From the NCBI GenBank assembly GCA_934647145.1, contig CAKUFB010000001.1, forward strand, positions 1 through 37,078: a stretch of 37,078 bases of DNA. Direction: 5' to 3'. Positions 26,209 through 35,748 of this stretch are shown here, in pieces. The stretch's first letter is position 1. Every line of letters starts with the position of its first letter. The stretch is from an uncultured Clostridia bacterium. Its GTDB lineage: Bacteria; Bacillota; Clostridia; Christensenellales; Aristaeellaceae. The notes under the pieces were generated by a model that was not told the DNA's origin, did no database searches, and was given only the letters and a program-made list of their open reading frames with translations. A program made the position numbers and the translations under genes.

Positions 26209-27661
26209 AGTCCTCGCTGTTTCGGCGGCTGTTTTTCGCCGTGGTGGGCATTTTGCTGGTCACAATCCTGTCGTTCACGGGCATCATGTGCGCCACAAGC
26301 GCCGCGCAGCAGCGTTCCGCCTACGAGGCCGAGCTGGCGCTGCAGGCGCGCGACCTGGCGCAGCTGGTGCAGGGGGTGGAGATGACCTCGCTGTGGCGGG
26401 TCGATCCGGCGGATGTCAGCACTTTCCAGTGGAAAATCAGCGAAATCGAGAAAGACTATCAGGCGGACGTATGGCTGGTCTACAGGAGCGGCTACGTGCG
26501 CATACTGGGCGACAGCGACGCCGCCGGCCTGAGCTCGATCGTGCTCAACGACGCGCTGCGCAGCCTGCTCTCCGGCCACGAGGTGCGCGCGCAGGGCGCC
26601 TTTGCCGAGCTGGGCGAGAACACGCTGACCATCGGCGCGCCCTTTACCACCCCGGACGGCGCGGTCACACTGGGCGGCGTGCTGCTGCACGTGGACGTGT
26701 CCACCATCCCGATCAGCCTGCAGGGCCTGGTGGGCTACTCGGTCATCGCGGGCACGATCTCCATGCTGGTGGGCGTGCTGCTGTCCTACCTGATCGCCAG
26801 CCGACAGACCCGCCCCATCCGCGCCATCCAGAAGGCGGTTTCGGCCTTTTCGGGCGGCGACTTCACCGCGCGCGTGCCGCTCGACGGCAGCCGGGAAATG
26901 CGCGAGCTGGCCGAGTCGATCAACCGCATGGCCGAGGATCTGTCCAACCTGGAGGAGTCGCGCAAGACCTTCGTGGCCAGCGTGTCGCACGAGCTGAGGT
27001 CGCCCATGACCTGCATACAGGGCTATATCGAGGGCATACTGGACGGCACGATTCCCCCCGAGGAGCGGGAAAAGTACCTGGATACCGTGCTGTCCGAGAC
27101 GAAACGCCTGACCAAGCTGGTGCATGACCTGCTGGAGCTGTCCCGGTTTGAGTCGGGCAAGTTCCCGCTGAGCCTGAGCGACTTCGACGTGGACGAGATG
27201 ATCCTGTCCACGATGTTCAAGCTTGAGCAGCGCATCGAGGAAAAGCATATGCTGGTCGACATTTCCTTCAAGGAGCAGCCGCTCTACGTGCGCGCCGACG
27301 CCGACCGCATCGAGCAGGTGCTGACCAACCTGATCGACAACGCGGTCAAGTACGGCTGCGAGGGCGGCCAGCTGACCGTCTGGACGCACAGTGTGGACTC
27401 CCTCGCCTACATCACCGTCAAAAACGAGGGCCCGGCCATCCCGCCGGACGATCTGCCCTTCATCTTCGACCGGTTCTACAAGGTGGACAAGGCGCATACC
27501 TCGGGCATGGGCACCGGGCTGGGCCTGTCCATCGTCAAGCGAATCATCGAGCAGCACGGCAAGACCATCACCGTGACCTCCTCCGGCCGGGAGACCGCCT
27601 TCGTGTTCACCCTGCAGAAGGCCGCGCCCCCGCAGGACAAAAAATCAACAGAGGTGAGTAC

Positions 27662-27665
<4 letters not shown>
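26205..27665 (+). CDS. sensor histidine kinase (2 TM, HAMP, HisKA, HATPase_c)
   Basis: The H-box is FVASVSHELRSPMT, the N-box is LTNLIDNAVKY, and the G-boxes are ...DRFYKVDKAH...GTGLGLSIVK. The GTG start overlaps the RR stop (GTGA). Confidence 0.9.
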
Positions 27666-28759
<1,094 letters not shown>

Positions 28760-28883
28760 GGGAGGCCGGCAGGCTGAGCCTGCACCCGCCTGCCGCCGAT
28801 AGAACCCGCGGCTTTCCCGACAGTCCCTCGGAATATGAGTTGATATACAGGACTGCAATCACCAAAAACAGGAGGAAGACAAA

Positions 28884-29723
28884 ATGAAAAAGGTTGGATT
28901 TATCGATTACTATCTGGACGAGTGGCACGCAAACAACTATCCGCGCTGGATCAGGCAGTTCTCGAACGGCGAGATGGAGGTCGCCTATGCCTACGGCCTG
29001 ATCGACAGCCCGCTCGCCGGCCGCCGCACCAACGCGCAGTGGTCGAAGGATCTGGAGATCCCGCTGGTGGACAGCGTCGAGGAGCTGATCGAGAAGAGCG
29101 ACTACCTGGTGGTGCTCTCCCCCGACAACTGCGAAATGCACGAGCAGCTGTGCCAGCTTCCCCTGCGCAGCGGCAAGCGCACCTATGTGGACAAGACCTT
29201 CGCGCCCGACGGCGTGATCGCCCGGCGCATCTTCGCCATCGCCGAAAAATCGGGCACGCCCTGCTACTCCACCTCCGCGCTGCGCTTCGCCGAGGAGTAT
29301 CAGCCCCTGCGCGGCAGGCAGTACGACGCGATCGCGGCCTGGGGCCCGGGCAACTTCGAGACCTACTCCATCCACCAGCTCGAGCCGGTGATGATGCTGA
29401 TGCAGGCGCGCGCCGAGTCGGTGCTGTACCTGCCCGCAAAGGACGCGTACACCCTGCTCATCCGCTTTGAGGGCGGCCGCACTGCCTCGCTGACCGGCCT
29501 GATGAACGGCAGCCCGTTCGCCCTGAACGCCGCCGGTCCGGACGGAAACCAGATGGCCGTGCAGCAGGTCGACTCCTTCAGCCGCTTCATCCCCGCCCTG
29601 ATCCGCTTCTTCGAGACCGGCGAGGCGCCCGTCTCCCACGAGGAAACCATCGCGATCATGGACGTGCGCGGCGCGGGCCTGAAGGCCATCGAGCGCGCCG
29701 GCGAGTGGATCGACGTGAAGTAA
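28884..29723 (+). CDS. Gfo/Idh/MocA-like oxidoreductase-fold protein (function unknown)
   Basis: MKKVGFIDYYLDEWHANNYP... has Rossmann-like beta-alpha N-terminal topology without a clear GxGxxG. There is an AGGAGG RBS. Coding is well supported, but the family call is tentative. Confidence 0.55.
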   Translation: MKKVGFIDYYLDEWHANNYPRWIRQFSNGEMEVAYAYGLIDSPLAGRRTNAQWSKDLEIPLVDSVEELIEKSDYLVVLSPDNCEMHEQLCQLPLRSGKRTYVDKTFAPDGVIARRIFAIAEKSGTPCYSTSALRFAEEYQPLRGRQYDAIAAWGPGNFETYSIHQLEPVMMLMQARAESVLYLPAKDAYTLLIRFEGGRTASLTGLMNGSPFALNAAGPDGNQMAVQQVDSFSRFIPALIRFFETGEAPVSHEETIAIMDVRGAGLKAIERAGEWIDVK

Positions 29724-29730
29724 ATCCCTG

Positions 29731-29773
29731 TAAAAAACTGACTCCCTCCAGGCGCGATGGCCCGGAGGGAGTC
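29731..29773. terminator. terminator between convergent genes (T-run on the minus strand)
   Basis: GACTCCCTCC (29740-29749) pairs with GGAGGGAGTC (29764-29773). On the minus strand AGTTTTTTA follows. Confidence 0.6.
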
Positions 29774-29789
29774 CGCTTATTCCGCTGTC

Positions 29790-31598
29790 TTAATACACGA
29801 TCACGTGGGTGCCGCCGGGGCAGTTGTTCCAGAGCCAGCGCGCGTCCTCAACCGACAGGCGCACGCAGCCATGCGAGGCGCGCCTGCCCAGGTTGCGAAC
29901 CGAGCTCTTGACCAGCGTGCTCTCGTCGTCGGAGTTGTACAGCACGCTGTGGAACATGATGTCGCCGTCGATATAGTAGGCGTACTGCGCCCAGCACTTC
30001 CACTTCTTGAAGTAGTGCCAGCGCGCGCCCGGGCCGGTGTAGGTGAATTCGCCGGTGGGCGTGGGCGTATCCCTGAGGCCGGTCGAGCAGACCATGGTTC
30101 TGGTCAGAATCGAGTACTGGTCGTTGTCGTCCAGCGCGTAGACGTAGACCTGCTGGTCGTCCACGCTGACCTTGACCAGGTAGGGCTTCATGGCGCGCAC
30201 CGCGTCCTCGGAGTACAGTGCCAGCTGGGTGGCCTCGTCGGCGACGCCGGTCGCCTGCAGGCGGTTGCGGGACTGGAACTTGCTCAGCGCGCGCTCGGTC
30301 GCCCCGCCGAACAGCCCGTCCGCGCTGCCCGCGGTCAGGTAGTCCAGCGCCTGGAGCCGCCGCTGCACGCGCAGCACCTCGTCGCCCGAGTCGCCGCTCT
30401 TCACGACAGCCTGGCTAATGACCGGTATGCCCTCGTCAAACAGCAGTACCTGCAGATCGTGCGTGAGCACGCCGTCGCCCTCGTAGCCGTCGTCGAGCTC
30501 GGGCACTGCGGTCGCGGCCGGAATGGGCGTATACTGCGCCTGCACCAGGTCAGACCGCGGCGTGGCGGTCGGCTCGGGCGTGGGCGCGGGCGTGGCGCTG
30601 GCGGCCAGCTCGTCCAGCTCGATCTGATGCAGGTATTTCTGCAGGGCCTTGACCCCGGCAGTCGTGCGCTCGTTGAAGTAGCCGCCCGCCGAGCCGGTCA
30701 TGAAGCCCAGCGCGATGAGCTGCCTCTGCGCCGCCTTGACCCGGTCGTTGGTCATGCCCGCCGTCAGCTGGTTATAGACCGGCTGCTCGGCGCGAATCGC
30801 CCTTGCGGAGAACAGCAGGCTCTGCGTCCGCCGGTCGGCCACGCCGGTTTCCTCAAGGCCGTTCGCCCGCTGAAACACGGTCAGCGCGGTCTGCGAGTTG
30901 GCCCCGAAGGAGCCGTCCGGCTGCTCGCTGAGGTAATTGAGCGTGAACAGGCGGGTCTGCACGCGGCGCGCCTCCGTCCCCTTGCTGCCCTGCGTCACGT
31001 CCTCAAGGTACAGCTCGAAGTCCTCGGACAGGATCTCCTCCAGCAGCGAGGTCTCCGCAATCCCGTCGGCCACCGTTTCAGGCGTGGGCGCGGGAGTGGG
31101 CTCGGCGCTCGTCAGGCCGTCCGCCTGACCGGGCAGCGACACGCCCGATTCCGCGTCCAGCGCGCGCTGCTCCAGTGTGCGAAGTCCGGTCTCCAGCGCC
31201 AGCACCGCCTGCTGCGTGTTATAGCCGAACTTGCCGTCCACCGTATCGCTGAGATAGCCCAGCTCAGTCAGGCGCGCCTGCAGCCGCTCGACCCAGACTC
31301 CGCGCGAGCCGGACGCAAGGTCGGTCATCGGCTCCTCGGTGGGCTCGGGCGTGGATAATGCGGAGGGCTCCGCGGCGGGAACCGCCGTAGGCTCGATCTG
31401 ACTGACCGCGGCCGTCACGCTGGGCAGCGACGGCTGACCCGGGTGCTGTATCGGAGCGGAATCCTCCTGCGCTCCGGCGGGCACGCACAGCAGGAAAAGC
31501 ATCGTCAGGACAAGGAAGAGTGAGGCCAACCGTTTCAAGGGATACACCTGCGCTTTCTGTTTGCTACATCCTATATATTGTTTAGACGCAGGTTTCAT
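29790..31598 (-). CDS. L,D-transpeptidase (YkuD domain) with four peptidoglycan-binding (PG_binding_1) repeats
   Basis: The C-terminal catalytic motif is ...RRASHGCVRLSVEDARWLW.... Four LQ.RL..LGYL....DG.FG..T..A...FQ repeats are separated by Pro/Thr/Glu linkers. The start is uncertain. TTG at 31538 (MKRLASLFLVLTMLFLLCVPAGA) has an AGGTG 6 nt upstream and gives a cleaner signal peptide. Confidence 0.9.
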   Translation of the reverse strand: MKPASKQYIGCSKQKAQVYPLKRLASLFLVLTMLFLLCVPAGAQEDSAPIQHPGQPSLPSVTAAVSQIEPTAVPAAEPSALSTPEPTEEPMTDLASGSRGVWVERLQARLTELGYLSDTVDGKFGYNTQQAVLALETGLRTLEQRALDAESGVSLPGQADGLTSAEPTPAPTPETVADGIAETSLLEEILSEDFELYLEDVTQGSKGTEARRVQTRLFTLNYLSEQPDGSFGANSQTALTVFQRANGLEETGVADRRTQSLLFSARAIRAEQPVYNQLTAGMTNDRVKAAQRQLIALGFMTGSAGGYFNERTTAGVKALQKYLHQIELDELAASATPAPTPEPTATPRSDLVQAQYTPIPAATAVPELDDGYEGDGVLTHDLQVLLFDEGIPVISQAVVKSGDSGDEVLRVQRRLQALDYLTAGSADGLFGGATERALSKFQSRNRLQATGVADEATQLALYSEDAVRAMKPYLVKVSVDDQQVYVYALDDNDQYSILTRTMVCSTGLRDTPTPTGEFTYTGPGARWHYFKKWKCWAQYAYYIDGDIMFHSVLYNSDDESTLVKSSVRNLGRRASHGCVRLSVEDARWLWNNCPGGTHVIVY

Positions 31599-31893
31599 GC
31601 GCAGGTGTCATCGCTTTTCACACTGATGGAAAACTTAACATACAGTATCCCGAAAAATCCTTCCCGTCAGGGCTCATTCGGGGAACCGCCCGTCTCCGCG
31701 CGACGGCTTTTGCGGATCAAGGCGCTTTCCGGGAGCGCTCGAAGGGACAAAGAACCTCTGCATGCCCTCATTTACAAACCGCATTGCGTTTCGTTTCGCG
31801 GCAGCAGGCGGGGCCGAACGCCGCCTGGTCAGAAAGGCCGCCTCTCGAACGTCTCTCCCCGTTTCTCGCCCCGCCGCATAGGATGGAGCGGAG

Positions 31894-32463
31894 GTGTATG
31901 CGATGGCATTTTATGAAGCGCAGGCCGCGCTGTGCGGAATCGCGAGGTACCCCAACCTGCGCGGAACGGTACACATTTTTCCAAAGGACTGCGGCAGCGT
32001 GGTGCAGGTGAGCGTGACCGGTCTGCCGCGCGGGTGCTCAGGGGTGAGCTTTCACGCGCTGTATATTGAGGAAGGCTGCGGCTGTCCCCCGCTTCGGGTA
32101 CGCGGAGGCGGCGTGATGTCGCCGCTGCTCAACGCCGGCGGGATCGCCGTGGCGACGTTCTACACCTCGGGCTTTCGGCCGGAGGATGTGCTCGGGCGCA
32201 GAATCGTGCTGGCCATGAACGCGGACTGCTTCGAACGCGGCGGCGGAACGCCCATTGCGACCGGCGTGATTGCGCCCTGCTCGCAGAACGCGCCGCAGTG
32301 GCCGCCCTTTGGCTGCGAGCCGCCCTGCGCCCCCTGGCCTGACTGCCCGCCGCCCAGACTGCCTTTCGGCTGCGAACCCCCACCCCGGCCCGGCTGCTGT
32401 ACACGACCCGCGCCGCCCTGTCCCCCGCCGCTGTTCCCGCCCAGGCCGCCCTGCCCGAGGTAA
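31894..32463 (+). CDS. degenerate Cu/Zn-superoxide-dismutase-like domain protein with a Cys/Pro-rich C-terminal tail
   Basis: The SodC-like pattern reads ...LRGTVHIFPKD..VVQVSVTGLP.G..G.SFHALYIEEG.C...SPLLNAGGIAVATFYT.....VLGRRIVLAMNADCF....GGGTPIATGVI. The last ~62 aa are PFGCEPP-type Pro/Cys repeats. A GGAGG lies upstream. The second ATG (31903) has better SD spacing. Confidence 0.5.
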   Translation: MYAMAFYEAQAALCGIARYPNLRGTVHIFPKDCGSVVQVSVTGLPRGCSGVSFHALYIEEGCGCPPLRVRGGGVMSPLLNAGGIAVATFYTSGFRPEDVLGRRIVLAMNADCFERGGGTPIATGVIAPCSQNAPQWPPFGCEPPCAPWPDCPPPRLPFGCEPPPRPGCCTRPAPPCPPPLFPPRPPCPR

Positions 32464-32551
32464 AAAGCGGTGTAGACAAGGTAACCCGCCGGGCACGGTC
32501 GACGACGCCGCACCCGCAAGCAGTGCGAAATGCTGGCTCAGAGGTACTTGA

Positions 32552-32707
32552 GCGCAGGCAGTCGGGGGTGCTGTGCGCCCTCGACTGCCTGCGCCCCCGA
32601 GCCGTATTTCCCGCAAAAACGCAGTTTTTGCGGGAAATACGGCTCTGCGCCCGCAGCCCTGCTGCGGGCGAGCTGGGGGCGGCGAAGCCTTCGCTTCGCC
32701 CTCCCCC
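32552..32707. other. four consecutive, sequence-unrelated GC-rich hairpins in the intergenic region
   Basis: H1 (32552-32594) has a 17-bp stem including one G-T pair. H2 (32601-32643) is a perfect 20-bp palindrome, GCCGTATTTCCCGCAAAAAC-gca-GTTTTTGCGGGAAATACGGC. H3 (32648-32670) has a 10-bp stem. H4 (32675-32707) has 8 + 5 bp. Confidence 0.6.
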
Positions 32708-32744
32708 AGACCCCCTCCTACGCTTGTCCGCTGCTCTCGAGCCG

Positions 32745-32784
32745 AGGTAAGAAATCACTCCCTCCAGATACGTCTGGAGGGAGT
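32745..32784 (-). terminator. terminator of the amino-acid ABC operon
   Basis: ACTCCCTCCAGA-tacg-TCTGGAGGGAGT (32757-32784) lies 8 nt past the stop at 32793. On the minus strand GATTTCTTA follows. Confidence 0.6.
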
Positions 32785-32792
32785 CTGAATGC

Positions 32793-33533
32793 TCAGCCCG
32801 CCATAAAGCGGGAGAGGAACTCGCGAGTGCGGGGATTCCGGGGATGAGTGAAGAGCTCGCCGGGCGCGCCTTCCTCGGCGATCACGCCGCCATCCATGAA
32901 CACCACGCGGCTGGAAACGTCGCGGGCGAAGGCCATTTCGTGCGTAACCACCAGCATGGTCAGGCCGCTTTGGGCCAGGTCGCGCATCGTAGCGAGCACC
33001 TCGCCCACCATCTCGGGGTCGAGCGCGCTGGTCGGCTCGTCGAAGAGCAGCACCTCGGGGTCCATAGCCAGGGCGCGCGCGATGGCGACGCGCTGCTTCT
33101 GGCCGCCGGACAGCTGGCCGGGGCGGGCGTTGACGAAGGGCGCCATGCCCACCTGAGTCAGGTGCTTCATCGCCTGCTCGCGCGCCTGCTCTCTGCCGCG
33201 CTTGAGCACCTTGCGCTGGCCAACCATGCAGTTGTCCAGCACGGTCATGTTGTCGAACAGGTTGAAGGACTGAAACACCATACCCACCTTGGCGCGATAG
33301 GCCGGGGCGTTGATGTGCGGCGCTGCCATATTCTGCCCGTGGAAGAGAATCTGGCCGGAGGTAGGCGTTTCCAGCAGGTTGATGCAGCGCAGCAGCGTGC
33401 TCTTGCCCGAGCCGGACGCGCCGATGATCGAGGTCACGTCGCCCGAGTGGATGGAAAAATCGATGTCCCGAAGGATTTCGTGATTGCCGAAGGACTTGGA
33501 CAGGTGCTGAACCTGCAGTATCAATTCGCTCAT
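32793..33533 (-). CDS. amino acid ABC transporter ATP-binding protein (PAAT family)
   Basis: Walker A is GASGSGKST, the signature is [15 protein letters not shown], Walker B is [11 protein letters not shown]. The length is 246 aa, typical of GlnQ/HisP-like proteins. Confidence 0.95.
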   Translation of the reverse strand: MSELILQVQHLSKSFGNHEILRDIDFSIHSGDVTSIIGASGSGKSTLLRCINLLETPTSGQILFHGQNMAAPHINAPAYRAKVGMVFQSFNLFDNMTVLDNCMVGQRKVLKRGREQAREQAMKHLTQVGMAPFVNARPGQLSGGQKQRVAIARALAMDPEVLLFDEPTSALDPEMVGEVLATMRDLAQSGLTMLVVTHEMAFARDVSSRVVFMDGGVIAEEGAPGELFTHPRNPRTREFLSRFMAG

Positions 33534-33547
33534 GTGCGCACGCTCCT

Positions 33548-34384
33548 TTACCGATCCTGGGGCTTCTCACGGCTCTGCTCGTCGTAGGGACTGCCCTTGC
33601 CGGGGAAGTTGTAGGTGCCGGCGGTCGAGGTCAGCGAGTCGCCCTGCACCAGCTCGTAATTGCTCTTGCCCGCCATCTTTCGCTCAAGCGTGCGCAGCAG
33701 GAAGGACGCGACGAGCGTCATGGTCAGGTAGCCCACCATCTCGATGGTCGCCGAGGGGAAATACTTGAACGACGCGCCCGCCACCGCCTTGTGTACCGAG
33801 AAGAAGTCGGTGAAGCCGATGATGAACATGACCGAGGTGTCCTTGACGTTGATGATGAAGTTGTTGCCGATCTGCGGCATGATGTTGCGCAGCGCCTGGG
33901 GCAGTATGACGCTGGTCATGGTCTGGAAGTGAGTCATGCCGATGGCCTTGGCGCCCTCGGTCTGGCCCCGGTCAATGGACAGGATGCCGCCGCGCACCGA
34001 TTCGGCCATGTACGCGCCCGTGTTGATGGACACGACCAGTATCGACACCGTCCACAGATTCCTGAACTGCATGGCGTTGTTCGTGAAGTAGGGCAGGCCG
34101 TAGAAGATGAACACGGCCTGCAGGATCATGGGCGTGCCGCGGAAAATCTCGACGTAGGCGCGCAGTATGCCGCGAACGACGGCCAGGCCGCACTTCTTCG
34201 CCGGGTGATCGCTCTTCGTGTAGGGGATGGTCTGCAGGATGCCGCACAGAAAGCCGATCAGGCAGCCCAGAAACGTGCCGATCACGGCCAGCGCCAGCGT
34301 GCGGCCCACGCCGCCCAGATACGAGGAGCCATACTTGCCCCAAACCGAGGCGACGTCCTGAAGCAGTTGAGCCAGCTTGTTCAT
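33548..34384 (-). CDS. amino acid ABC transporter permease (His/Glu/Gln/Arg/opine family)
   Basis: The body is multi-TM with the EAA-type loop ...[31 protein letters not shown].... A hydrophilic C-terminal extension of about 45 aa follows. Confidence 0.9.
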   Translation of the reverse strand: MNKLAQLLQDVASVWGKYGSSYLGGVGRTLALAVIGTFLGCLIGFLCGILQTIPYTKSDHPAKKCGLAVVRGILRAYVEIFRGTPMILQAVFIFYGLPYFTNNAMQFRNLWTVSILVVSINTGAYMAESVRGGILSIDRGQTEGAKAIGMTHFQTMTSVILPQALRNIMPQIGNNFIINVKDTSVMFIIGFTDFFSVHKAVAGASFKYFPSATIEMVGYLTMTLVASFLLRTLERKMAGKSNYELVQGDSLTSTAGTYNFPGKGSPYDEQSREKPQDR

Positions 34385-34402
34385 GAATCTCTTCCTTTCT
34401 CA

Positions 34403-34435
34403 GAGAAAACGCCCGGACGCGGGGGCATCCGGGCG
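34403..34435 (-). terminator. intercistronic hairpin plus U-run between the binding-protein and permease genes
   Basis: The minus strand reads CGCCCGGA-tgcccccgcg-TCCGGGCG-TTTTCT. This placement is typical for giving higher binding-protein expression. Confidence 0.5.
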
Positions 34436-34452
34436 AAACCGGTATCGTGCGC

Positions 34453-35292
34453 TTAGCCTTCGATGGGCTGCACGGCGATGGCCTCGGCCATCAGGTCGTT
34501 GAAGTCGTCGGCGGTCATCGTGGAGAGCACGGCGTTGAGCGCGTCGGCCAGCGCGGTGTTGCCCTTGCGCACGGAGATGCCGATGTTGATTTCCTCCTCG
34601 GAAACCTCGAAGTCGTCCTGCGTGCCGCTGAAGTCCAGCAGAACCATGTCGGGATAGGCGATCAGCGCGCCCTGGGCGGTGGGCATGTCGGTGCAGACGA
34701 AGTCGACCATACCGCTCTCCAGCGCCATCAGCATGGCGGGGGCGGACTCGGCGGGAGACTGGATCTGCGCGCCCTTCACCTGGGGCAGGCACAGATCATA
34801 CCAGATGGTGCCGATCTGGGAGGTGCAGTAGCCGCTCAGCTCGGAAATACCTTTGGCCTCGGCCTGAGGAGTGCCCTGCTTGGCCAGGCAGACGATCGAT
34901 GCGTACATATACGGGCCGGCGAAGTCGACCATCTCGGCGCGGTCGGCGGTCATCGACTGGCCGGCGATCGCCGCGTCCGCCAGGCCGGACTGTACCGCGG
35001 GAACCAGGGAGTCCCAGTCCAGCCGCACGATCTCCAGCTCCCAGCCGTTGGCCTCGCACAACTTCCTGGCCATCATTACGTCGTAGCCGTTGGCGTACTC
35101 GTTGGTGCCGCGGATCGGCACCGCGCCGTTGGAATCGTCGGGCTGCGTCCAGTTATAGGGCGCGTAGGCGCACTCCATCGCAACGGTCAGCACGCCGTCC
35201 TCCACGCCGGTGGTTTCCTCGGCCGGAGCCGATACGGGGATGATCGACAGACACACGATCAGGGCAAGAACCAGACTGAACATTCTTCTCAT
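34453..35292 (-). CDS. amino acid ABC transporter substrate-binding protein (family 3); predicted lysine-related from the riboswitch context
   Basis: The signal peptide is MRRMFSLVLALIVCLSIIPVSAPA. The body is SBP_bac_3-like (...GYDV..A..L....G...E.V...WD.L..A..SG..D..I.G...T..R...). Confidence 0.9.
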   Translation of the reverse strand: MRRMFSLVLALIVCLSIIPVSAPAEETTGVEDGVLTVAMECAYAPYNWTQPDDSNGAVPIRGTNEYANGYDVMMARKLCEANGWELEIVRLDWDSLVPAVQSGLADAAIAGQSMTADRAEMVDFAGPYMYASIVCLAKQGTPQAEAKGISELSGYCTSQIGTIWYDLCLPQVKGAQIQSPAESAPAMLMALESGMVDFVCTDMPTAQGALIAYPDMVLLDFSGTQDDFEVSEEEINIGISVRKGNTALADALNAVLSTMTADDFNDLMAEAIAVQPIEG

Positions 35293-35372
35293 GGGGATAC
35301 CGCCTTTCTTTTTTTACGAACGTTCGCGGCGAATTGGCTGCTCCCGTCCGGCCGCGCGGAGGCGGGAGTGAT

Positions 35373-35405
35373 AAAAAAGTGAACCGCTCATGTCAAGCGG
35401 TTCAC
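35373..35405 (-). terminator. riboswitch expression-platform terminator
   Basis: The minus strand reads GTGAACCGCT-tgacatg-AGCGGTTCAC-TTTTTT, about 75 nt downstream of the aptamer and about 80 nt upstream of ATG 35292. Confidence 0.75.
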
Positions 35406-35474
35406 GGAAGATACGAAGAACAATGGGACTGCGCCCACACTCCGTTTCGTCCCTTGATAGCGCTTCACAAGCTA

Positions 35475-35625
35475 AACATGTGACAGTCCGCCGCGTATTT
35501 CACGGCGACCCAGCCATCCGCACTCAGGCCCCTGCGGACGCTTCGGCGACGTTCCCTTTCCCGCGGCAGCGGCCTGCTGCTCGTTCGCGGCTACTGATGA
35601 ACCTCGCGCCTCTATCCAAGTGATT
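35475..35625 (-). promoter_or_regulatory. lysine riboswitch (L-box) aptamer
   Basis: The minus strand reads GGATAGAGGCGCGAGGTTCATCAGTAGCC...GGGAAAGGGAACGTCGCCGAAGCG...GGCTGGG...GGACTGTCACATG. All hallmark L-box blocks are present in the canonical order: AGAGGCGC, AGTA, GAAAGGG..CGCCGAAG, CTGG, ACTGTCA. Confidence 0.85.
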
Positions 35626-35649
35626 AAGCGATTCAATTTTTATGGCGTG

Positions 35650-35678
35650 AGTATAGCACGAACCTTTTTGCCTGTCAA
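35650..35678 (-). promoter_or_regulatory. promoter driving the L-box leader
   Basis: On the minus strand, TTGACA (35673-35678) is followed by a 17-nt spacer and TATACT (35650-35655). Confidence 0.65.
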
Positions 35679-35748
35679 GCCCTCTTTTCGACATTTTTCC
35701 GTCTCTTCACATTTTTAACGCACGCCAAACACTAAGCCGGGCCGCGCC

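Noticed and set aside
31578-31916. A 112-aa plus-strand ORF in the spacer between the L,D-transpeptidase and SOD-like genes.
   Set aside because: It has Arg/Ser/Pro-rich composition, no SD and no motifs, and it overlaps the 5' end of the transpeptidase gene and the SD of the SOD-like gene.
29740-32784. Two terminators (29740-29773 and 32757-32784) share the stem arms (G)ACTCCCTCC / GGAGGGAGT(C), which might indicate a dispersed repeat element.
   Set aside because: There are only two copies, about 10 nt are shared, and the loops and flanks are unrelated. The arm is a simple SD/anti-SD-like GGAGG string that arises easily in GC-rich terminators. It would need a genome-wide count to be meaningful.
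35293-35640. The long leader upstream of the amino-acid ABC operon, initially considered as a T-box or SAM riboswitch.
   Set aside because: I found no T-box 14-mer (AGGGTGGNACCGCG-like), no specifier-loop architecture and no SAM-I GGGACTGGCCC core. The conserved blocks match the lysine riboswitch instead.
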